Positions 30,810 through 38,158 of a stretch of DNA of 64,000 bases are shown piece by piece (the first letter of the stretch is position 1; every line of letters starts with the position of its first letter). The notes below the pieces were generated by a model, which was not told where the DNA came from, made no database searches, and saw only the letters and a list, made by a program, of their open reading frames with translations. The position numbers and the translations under genes were made by a program. This DNA comes from Elusimicrobiota bacterium (GTDB lineage: Bacteria; Elusimicrobiota; UBA5214; JBBAAG01): assembly GCA_041658405.1 (NCBI GenBank), contig JBBAAG010000002.1:453-64452 (forward strand), read 5' to 3'.

Positions 30810-32660
30810 TTATTTACCAATTCTCGACATAAAATACTCTTCCGTTTCTTTATCCGTAAAATACACGTAACACCCCTTCGTCCCCCGAGTCATGAGCGTT
30901 TTATAAGTATTTTTGATAATGTTGCCTGCAACTTCCTTCGCTTTCTCAAGATTATCTTCTAGCATCTTCCTGTACCCATTTAACGATTTATCCGTCCTCG
31001 CCCGGTTCGAAGGTACAGTCACAATCTCACCGTCACGGCATAACAAGTCTGGTCCGACAATAACACCGATATAATCAAGTTCCAACCCCTGGCACGTGTG
31101 TATACATCCCGCTTCTGTAACAGACTGAGGGTCGATTATCCATTTGTTCCCGTAACTTTTAAAATTCCATTTTATCTTAAAATCCCATCCTGGTATAACG
31201 ATATCATACGCATCGGGATCCTTAGCACTTACCCAGTTCCAACAGTATCCCGCTACGATACGCGCTTTATTGTTAATCTGATTTTTCTCAAATATCATAT
31301 CTCTTAGCTCCACTGGGCTTTTCATCACACGAAAGTCGTATTCTTGACGAGACAAATACATATTCGCTGTTGGCCGTTTCTGCAAAGTATTATCCAGCCA
31401 TGCAAGGTATCCATCGGAACCGTTACACCTGAACTGCGAGGGTAGATCCATCTTAATCACCACTGCACCCAACTTTTTGGCCCAACACACTATTTCGTCA
31501 GTATCCCCAATATCTTTCAATGTAACCTTCTGATCTTCGTCTAAGAAGAATACGCACGTCCTAGCAGCATTGATTAACTCCTTTACCTGGTTTTCTCCTG
31601 AATTCTGAAACATCCCACTTCGTTCGTTCAACCTATGCGCTTCATCTACGATCAGACAATCGAAAACATTTGTGGCACAGTCAACAAACTTACCTGAACC
31701 ACAAAAAAGGTTAGCAATCCTTGTCTTCTTCATAGTCCCCGTGAGTTTCACTTCGTACACCGTCCGCGGAGCGGAATTTTTTGTAACATACCTCGCGTTG
31801 TACTGTTTCTGGGTAGAAGCAACTAATAAATTCACAGCTACGACTGACTTACCGGTACCTGCGCCACCGTTGACAATCAACACTTGTTTTTTTCCGTTAC
31901 GTATCATTTCTAACACGGTTTCGTACACTAACTTCTGTTCGTCTATCAGTACAAACTCTTTATTCCCTTTCATCAGAGAAGCCAACGAGTCTGCTAAGTT
32001 TTTTGACGGTTTTATCCGCCCGCTTTCGATGAGGAAAATACATTCAGACTTGTCTCCATATTTTACGAACTGTTTTATAAACTCCCTGAGTTTTATCGCA
32101 TCGTTTTTAAGGAATACAGGCGCTTTCGATAAATGTTCCTGATAAAAAGAGTTGGTGATAACGTCATCTGGTATGTAGTTGTGTAGGTACGAACAGGGTT
32201 TCAATGAGATGCTGTAATCTAGCACCGCTTCGTTATAATCTTCTAGCAATGCAGCGTACGACCAGGCCTGGTAGCTCGGGTGTTGGCATTCATGCATACC
32301 GCCATTAACAAACGTTTTGACAACTGCATCCTGTTGAGTTAGTTTAGCGGACTCCCATTGTTTGAGTTCAATTATGATCAAATGGGGTGCGTTTTTGGTA
32401 TCCTGCCCGCTGATGATAAAGTCTATCCTCCTTGAAGAAGACGGTATGACATACTCTATCGCTACTCCACAATCCGTTGGAATATCAGGATCGCTAAGCA
32501 CGGTTTCCATGTACCGCAAAGAGTTTTGATACGCTCTAATTTCTGCAGGGGAATAACCCGATACATGTTTTAATTTAAGAGAATTCACTACTTTATCTGT
32601 GAGAGTATTATTTAAAACATCATTCGAAAACTCTGTTTTTGTTGCCGTATAAATAATCAT
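30810..32660 (-). CDS. DUF2075-family protein: N-terminal PD-(D/E)xK nuclease-like domain plus P-loop/DEAH helicase-like ATPase
   Basis: RIDFIISG...IIELKQWE (D...ExK), Walker A GGAGTGKS, motif II DCLIVDEAHRL. 616 aa. Confidence 0.7.
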   Translation of the reverse strand: MIIYTATKTEFSNDVLNNTLTDKVVNSLKLKHVSGYSPAEIRAYQNSLRYMETVLSDPDIPTDCGVAIEYVIPSSSRRIDFIISGQDTKNAPHLIIIELKQWESAKLTQQDAVVKTFVNGGMHECQHPSYQAWSYAALLEDYNEAVLDYSISLKPCSYLHNYIPDDVITNSFYQEHLSKAPVFLKNDAIKLREFIKQFVKYGDKSECIFLIESGRIKPSKNLADSLASLMKGNKEFVLIDEQKLVYETVLEMIRNGKKQVLIVNGGAGTGKSVVAVNLLVASTQKQYNARYVTKNSAPRTVYEVKLTGTMKKTRIANLFCGSGKFVDCATNVFDCLIVDEAHRLNERSGMFQNSGENQVKELINAARTCVFFLDEDQKVTLKDIGDTDEIVCWAKKLGAVVIKMDLPSQFRCNGSDGYLAWLDNTLQKRPTANMYLSRQEYDFRVMKSPVELRDMIFEKNQINNKARIVAGYCWNWVSAKDPDAYDIVIPGWDFKIKWNFKSYGNKWIIDPQSVTEAGCIHTCQGLELDYIGVIVGPDLLCRDGEIVTVPSNRARTDKSLNGYRKMLEDNLEKAKEVAGNIIKNTYKTLMTRGTKGCYVYFTDKETEEYFMSRIGK

Positions 32661-32671
32661 TATAATCCCCT

Positions 32672-33016
32672 CTATAGCTGCGTATATTTTGTATGTTTCC
32701 CTTTTGATTTCCGAACAGGATACTTTGTTTGATTCTTTTTAAGTTTTTTTGCCAAGGCTATCAAGATATCAATTTTAAGATCATGACTCATCAACAATAC
32801 CCAATACAGAACATCAGCCAGTTCATCCCCTATTGCATCTTTGTGTTGTATTACGTATTTCTCAATCTCTTCATTATTTTTCCATTGAAAATGTTCAAGA
32901 ACTTCAGTTGCCTCAAGAACAAGCGACAACGCAACGTCTTTTGGATTATGAAACTGTTTCCAATCACGTTTTGTACGGAATTCAATAATTTTCTTAGTGA
33001 TACTTTTTAGATTCAT
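32672..33016 (-). CDS. MazG-like nucleotide pyrophosphohydrolase (small all-alpha NTP-PPase)
   Basis: 114 aa with EATEVLEHF and DELADVLYWVLLMSHDL motifs. Its stop is 11 bp before the DUF2075 start. Confidence 0.65.
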   Translation of the reverse strand: MNLKSITKKIIEFRTKRDWKQFHNPKDVALSLVLEATEVLEHFQWKNNEEIEKYVIQHKDAIGDELADVLYWVLLMSHDLKIDILIALAKKLKKNQTKYPVRKSKGKHTKYTQL

Positions 33017-33125
33017 AGTTCCCGTGTCTAAAAAACACTGTTTATCGCATCAGTGAAAGCACAGGAATTTGTCAGACGAATAGGAGTAAGGACTTTTATC
33101 GTTCGAAGATTTAATCGTAACTCGA

Positions 33126-35090
33126 CTAATTACTTTTGTTCAACATGTCTTTTGCTATCTTATATTCTTTTTTAAAATCTATCCCAATATCCAAGTTGGG
33201 GTCTATTGTTTGAAACGCTACATACATAAACGCTAATAATTGTAAGCCCGAAAATTCTTTGTCAGGGATGCTTGTTAAATGATATTTTTTCTCGGTATCC
33301 AAAGGATCAATTCCTTGAGTCCCGATTTTGGCTATCTCAAATCCGGCTTTTGTGATTTCTTCATTGGATTTGTCTTGAAAGTATTGTAATGCAGAAAGAC
33401 AATACATTACTGTAGCCATGTGTTTAGGAGATTGTTCAGAAAAAGAGACGTTATTCTTTGGATTAGTTTTTTCAACCGAGTCAATGAAAGTTAATGAAGC
33501 AGGATAGTTTTTACGATATTCGTCTTCCGAAACTATAGAAAAATAGGATGCTAAATTCAATTTCTTCGCCCAATTGTTTATCAATTCGTATTCCATTGCG
33601 GGCCTATGCATATCCTTGTTTTTGAAATATTCTTTGTAAAGTTCGTTTGATATGCGTAATTGTTGTTGCGTAGGATTAAATTTATAGATCAAATCAATAC
33701 CAAATAATTCTTTAAATTGCAGCGCGTTTACGATATTCAATATTTTGCTGGCATCAGTGACCAATGGAGGTATGATTTCTGCGGCTCTTGTGTCTGTTAC
33801 TGCCTTTATTCCTTCAGAAATTAAATTGTGTAACGACAAAAATTGATACGGCCTTAAATCCGGATGAGTATTGTATAGATAATTCTCAATAAATAAATCG
33901 ATAGGCGTGTTAAAGATTTGCCGGTTTATTCCATCAAACAAAGCCGAAATAAAGTCAGATATGTTTTTGTCATTAAGCCCTTGTTGATTTAATCCATTAA
34001 TTGTTTTTTCTGTCGAAACAATAAATGCTTTCTTGTGTTCATTAGTGGAGATGAAAAGTTTATTTGCCCCCACCTTTCGTGCTTCAAGGTTAAAATATAG
34101 ATGAACCAGTTCATGCATCACGAGATGCTCGACAGCGGGATAATCGTTTTTATAACGTATTACATGCGAACCCTTATTATAATTTTCAGCGATCTCTATT
34201 TTTGCAGCAGTTGGGATAGAAGCGTCTTCAACAATTTCAATTGGTTTATTCGATTGCTCTTCAAGGATTGATCTATACTGACGAAATATTTCTTTTCCAT
34301 CAATATGTCCAATATACTTAGTTGCAGTTTCCTGAGCAAGCGTTAGGATGTGGTTGAATAACTGGTTGCTACTACATGTAGGGGGGGGGGAATTTGTCAT
34401 GCTTTGAATAGCAAAATCAAACGCCTTCAAATAATCTTTTTTTATATCGTTTATTAAACCTAATGCAAAAGTTGTATGCGGATACTTTGGGTCAATCTCA
34501 TATGCCATCTCAAAATATTTTATTGCTTGTTCAATTTTTCCGGACTGCATAAGATTTGCGCCCAGATTATTGATAGCAATATTATCCCGAGGATTTATCT
34601 TAATTGCCTGGTCATAATATTTGGTCGCAGATGTAATATCGTTTTTATGTTTTGAAAGAATGTTGCCCATCATGATAAGTGCAAAACAATTTTTAGGATC
34701 CCATTTTAAAGCGTCTATTAAACAATTCAATGCTTCTTCTGAATTCCCTTCATCGGAATATATTTGTCCTAACACCCTGTGATACTCTGAATTTGCTGGA
34801 TTTGTTTCTATTAGTTTCATTAAGATTGGTTTAGCATCTCTGAATCTTCTTTTTTCACACAAGCTTATCACTGTGTCAAAATCTTTTTTCTGCGTAGCTA
34901 TTAAATTAATATCAATCGAAATTGAAACAATATTTTTAATTTCATCAATTTCAACTTTAGGTTTATATGGGCCAAAAGTGTAATAACTAATCAACTCTTT
35001 CCTCAACTTATCAATATTACTACCGTCCATCACTTTGGTTTTCGGAAAAAGCTCAAACAAAAAATTGTCTAGTTTGTGAATAATAATCAT
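33126..35090 (-). CDS. TPR-repeat protein with a central HExxH (zincin-like) motif
   Basis: 654 aa with about 5 TPR repeats N-terminally and HLVMHELVHLYF. An in-frame C10 tract encodes SPPP. Confidence 0.6.
   Translation of the reverse strand: MIIIHKLDNFLFELFPKTKVMDGSNIDKLRKELISYYTFGPYKPKVEIDEIKNIVSISIDINLIATQKKDFDTVISLCEKRRFRDAKPILMKLIETNPANSEYHRVLGQIYSDEGNSEEALNCLIDALKWDPKNCFALIMMGNILSKHKNDITSATKYYDQAIKINPRDNIAINNLGANLMQSGKIEQAIKYFEMAYEIDPKYPHTTFALGLINDIKKDYLKAFDFAIQSMTNSPPPTCSSNQLFNHILTLAQETATKYIGHIDGKEIFRQYRSILEEQSNKPIEIVEDASIPTAAKIEIAENYNKGSHVIRYKNDYPAVEHLVMHELVHLYFNLEARKVGANKLFISTNEHKKAFIVSTEKTINGLNQQGLNDKNISDFISALFDGINRQIFNTPIDLFIENYLYNTHPDLRPYQFLSLHNLISEGIKAVTDTRAAEIIPPLVTDASKILNIVNALQFKELFGIDLIYKFNPTQQQLRISNELYKEYFKNKDMHRPAMEYELINNWAKKLNLASYFSIVSEDEYRKNYPASLTFIDSVEKTNPKNNVSFSEQSPKHMATVMYCLSALQYFQDKSNEEITKAGFEIAKIGTQGIDPLDTEKKYHLTSIPDKEFSGLQLLAFMYVAFQTIDPNLDIGIDFKKEYKIAKDMLNKSN
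34381..34390. repeat. G10 homopolymer; C10 on the coding strand of the TPR-HExxH gene
   Basis: Counted directly. It encodes S-P-P-P in frame. Confidence 0.8.
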
Positions 35091-35101
35091 TTTTTATTAT
35101 A

Positions 35102-35509
35102 AATTTCTTTCAAAACATTTTCTTTAACACAATTTATTATACATTATCGCTTCACATCGGGACAATACTGGTGTTTATCCGTAACAAGCCGAAAGACCGG
35201 AAAAATACAATATTGTTTATCAACGCAGCGGAGTGTTACGAGTCCGTGAAAAACCAAAACAAGCTGCGGGACGAGGATAACACAAAAATTGTTTAAGTAT
35301 TTGAGGAAAACAAAAACGTGGACCGTTTCGCGCGGGTCGTGGAATTAGACTAAATCCGGGGTAACGAGTATAACCTCAACATCAGCCGGTACGTGGATAT
35401 TACTGAACCGGAACCGGTCGTTGACGTAAAGGACGCGCTTGCGAAACTGCGCGAACTTGAGAAACAACGCGATGCCGCTGAGAAGAAAATGAACGAGTAC
35501 TTGAAATAG
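35102..35509 (+). pseudogene. hsdM: hsdM (type I R-M methyltransferase) 3' remnant with two in-frame stops
   Basis: A single frame reads ...IFFNTIYYTLSLHIGTILVFIRNKPKDRKNTILFINAAECYESVKNQNKLRDEDNTKIV* VFEENKNVDRFARVVELD* IRGNEYNLNISRYVDITEPEPVVDVKDALAKLRELEKQRDAAEKKMNEYLK*. This matches the conserved HsdM C-terminus (LFYNTGI..ILV..KNK, VLFIDAS, NQN.L.DE.I.KIV, YNLNISRYVD). TAA stops lie at 35294 and 35351. The 5' roughly 350 codons are missing. Confidence 0.7.
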
Positions 35510-35609
35510 CTGGGGTATGACTAGGATAATAAAACTTGACAAAATAAAGGAAAGTGGTAATAATATATACTGATACATCTAAAATGGATGTGTGAGTATA
35601 TAATTAGAT

Positions 35610-36203
35610 ATGAAAAATATTGATATAGATAAGCCTTTAGTAATGTTAGGAGTGTTGCTTGAAGCCAATAATACGGTATCGCCCATTAACTTGGTGGTAT
35701 GCGGCGGTGCGGCGCTTATTATTACTGGTACGATAACCCAGAGGGTGGTTACAAAAGATGTGGATGTTATTGCAATAATTTCAAACAATTTAGTTGATAT
35801 TATAGAATGCGCAAAATTACCGGAAGCCGTAATTGATGCAAAAGACAAAGTAGCGGCTAACTTGGGGTTAGATACTGATTGGTTGAATACACAGTTTTCA
35901 CATATAGTCAAAGACGGGTTACCGAAAGGGTTCGAATCAAGGTTGATCCCAAAAAAATACGGTAAGTCTTTGACAGTGTATTTTGTTGGCAGGGAAGACC
36001 AAATATGTTTCAAATTACTTGCAGCTGCGGATTCTAAACTAACTAAACATTTTGATGATTTACAGGAGTTGAAGCCCACAGCAGTAGAAATTCAAAACGC
36101 TGTTGACTGGATACTCGGACACGAATCAAGAATAAATTATAAATATGATATTAAATACATTGTAAGAAGGCTAGGATATGAAACAATCGCTGATAGAATT
36201 TAA
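35610..36203 (+). CDS. minimal nucleotidyltransferase-fold protein, AbiEii/DUF1814-like
   Basis: LVVCGGAALIITGTITQRVVTKDVDVIAII is a GG...DxD NTase signature, close to AbiEii GGTAL...S.DIDF. 197 aa. Confidence 0.55.
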   Translation: MKNIDIDKPLVMLGVLLEANNTVSPINLVVCGGAALIITGTITQRVVTKDVDVIAIISNNLVDIIECAKLPEAVIDAKDKVAANLGLDTDWLNTQFSHIVKDGLPKGFESRLIPKKYGKSLTVYFVGREDQICFKLLAAADSKLTKHFDDLQELKPTAVEIQNAVDWILGHESRINYKYDIKYIVRRLGYETIADRI

Positions 36204-37203
36204 AACAGCGTATATCTATAAAATTACCAACATCCTCTGGCGGCAATGGACGGCACTCGGGGTTCCCGGTACTATTGATGTTGAAGATAAAGGGGTTGTG
36301 GATCCAGAAGCGTTGATCCCCGCAACCTGCCTGTTTGGCCGTTACGACAGCCGGTTGTTTGACGAAATGTTGAACTGGCTGTACATTAACGGTAAAGTTG
36401 TCAATATCCAGAGATTGAAAAACATTATTGCAAAAGAAATGTTTGTAAACGCGGATATTATTCCGGCAATCGCCGAGTTTTTGAATACTACGAGTAAGTA
36501 CCGGTTCTTGAAGTGGAAAAAAATACTGCCTGCTGCCAATAATGTTACGGACAAAAAAAACTTTTTTTATTTCCGCGATGGGAACGCTATGGAACAGTTT
36601 GGCCCGGCTGACGCGATATTCGAAAAGTACGGATACCTGCGCGGGCCGGTGAAGTTGAGAGAGCACACTTTGCCGGTATATTATCGGTACGGCAGCGATG
36701 TTATATTCAAACTTCGCGCGTTATTCGGGGTACGTACTCGCGCGGACATTGTTTTGTACTTATTAACACACGAGTACGCGCATCCCAGGGAAATCGCGCG
36801 AGATTTGTATTACGCTCCTAAGTCGGTACAGGATATTCTTATCGAAATGTCGAATTCCGGGCTCGTTAATATGCGGCCGGAAGGAAAAGAAAAACAGTAT
36901 TTCCTTGATAAAACCAGATGGCATGAATTCCTGAAACTACACGATAGGCATGTGGAGTGGATAACCTGGCCGGCAGTGTTCCGCGCATTAGAGATTATAT
37001 GGTTAAAAATCAGCGGGGAGAAAGCCGACGGGTATAGCAAATTGTTATTATCGTCGGTACTACGTGAGGTTATGGATGAAGTGAAATATAAAATTGAAGC
37101 CGCTGGGATTAACAATGTTTTGACGAATCCCAAGTTTTATCTTGGGGAACAGTACGTGGATGTTTTTTTCGCGGATATGAACAGGTTGTTTGAGAAATTA
37201 TGA
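36178..37203 (+). CDS. 341-aa protein with a predicted winged-helix DNA-binding domain, partner of the NTase
   Basis: RADIVLYLLTHEYAHPREIARDLYYAPKSVQDILIEMSNSGLVNMRPEGKEKQYFL looks like a wHTH. Its start overlaps the NTase gene by 26 bp, and its stop overlaps the next ORF by 4 bp. Confidence 0.5.
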   Translation: MKQSLIEFKTAYIYKITNILWRQWTALGVPGTIDVEDKGVVDPEALIPATCLFGRYDSRLFDEMLNWLYINGKVVNIQRLKNIIAKEMFVNADIIPAIAEFLNTTSKYRFLKWKKILPAANNVTDKKNFFYFRDGNAMEQFGPADAIFEKYGYLRGPVKLREHTLPVYYRYGSDVIFKLRALFGVRTRADIVLYLLTHEYAHPREIARDLYYAPKSVQDILIEMSNSGLVNMRPEGKEKQYFLDKTRWHEFLKLHDRHVEWITWPAVFRALEIIWLKISGEKADGYSKLLLSSVLREVMDEVKYKIEAAGINNVLTNPKFYLGEQYVDVFFADMNRLFEKL

Positions 37204-37439
37204 AACTAAAAACTTTTAATACTAGTCATAAAACAAAGAAAACGCCGGCCGGGGAAATCCCAGTGGACTGGGGAACTATTGAACTAAATAAAATAGTGAA
37301 TATAGAAAAGGGTAAAGTTCCAGAATTGATTGAACAACCCGAATGGATGTTTCGTACAGCCAACGGGTATAGTTACGACGAGCTCGAAGCGTTAGCCACA
37401 AAAATTATGGACTTAGCCCGTACGCGGCTCGGGAATTGA
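37200..37439 (+). pseudogene. hsdS: hsdS (type I R-M specificity subunit) remnant, 79 codons
   Basis: ...EIPVDWGTIELNKIVNIEKGK matches the HsdS N-terminal TRD start (P.GW....L.EI....G). It is far too short for a functional two-TRD HsdS. Confidence 0.5.
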
Positions 37440-38155
37440 AAATGGATGAAAAAAGTGTGGTAACGTTTGGTAGCCAAAATATTGAGTTTGGCATCATCCG
37501 CAGCGCCCGGCGAACCATAAGCATCATTGTCGACCCTTACCTTGGCGTCTACCTCCGGGTACCGCGATATATTGGGTTGCCCAAAATCCAGCAAATCGTG
37601 AAAACAAAAGCTAAATGGATTTCTGATAAGATGGAATACATAAACAAGCTTGGCGAGATGCCGAAGAAGAAAGAGTTTGTTTCCGGCGAAGCGTTTTCGT
37701 ACCTCAACCGCCAGTATCGTTTATTGGTAGAAGAGTCAAACATAAATGAAGTGTTTTTTTTGGGTAACTATATCGTTGTAGAAACTACACATATAAACCA
37801 TCCGCGGTTAATCCGTGTGTTAATAGAAGAGTTTTACAAACAAAAAGCGCGGAAAGTGTTGGTGCGGCGAGTAGAGATTTATTGTAAGAAACTCAACCTC
37901 CCGCTCCCGCCGTTGACTGTAGCGAATCAAACCAAGAAATGGGGTAGTTGTAACAGTAAGGGGCATATACGCATAAACTGGCGGATAGTAATGGCGCCAA
38001 TAGTGCTTGTAGACTATATTTCAGCCCACGAGTTGTGTCATGTGATACAAAAGAATCATTCTACAGAGTTTTGGAAACTACTCGGCAGTATTATGCCGGA
38101 CTACGACACCCGCCGTGAACGGTTGCGTAGAGAAGGGTATAAATACTTTTTCTAA
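37436..38155 (+). CDS. DUF45/YgjP-like (M48/SprT-like) metal-dependent hydrolase
   Basis: WGSCNSKGHIRINWRIVMAP...YISAHELCHVIQKNHSTEFW carries WGSC and HExxH...NHS motifs. The family is commonly linked to type I R-M loci. Confidence 0.7.
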   Translation: MKMDEKSVVTFGSQNIEFGIIRSARRTISIIVDPYLGVYLRVPRYIGLPKIQQIVKTKAKWISDKMEYINKLGEMPKKKEFVSGEAFSYLNRQYRLLVEESNINEVFFLGNYIVVETTHINHPRLIRVLIEEFYKQKARKVLVRRVEIYCKKLNLPLPPLTVANQTKKWGSCNSKGHIRINWRIVMAPIVLVDYISAHELCHVIQKNHSTEFWKLLGSIMPDYDTRRERLRREGYKYFF

Positions 38156-38158
38156 ATT

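Noticed and set aside
35345-36079. Minus-strand ORFs 35345-35578 and 35579-36079
   Set aside because: They are antisense to the hsdM remnant and the NTase gene, with no motifs.
35610-37203. Calling the NTase + wHTH pair a canonical AbiEi/AbiEii system
   Set aside because: The gene order is inverted. The DNA-binding protein is 341 aa with its wHTH in the C-terminal half rather than the N-terminus, and it shows no AbiEi-like features I can recognise. It is kept as an unclassified pair.
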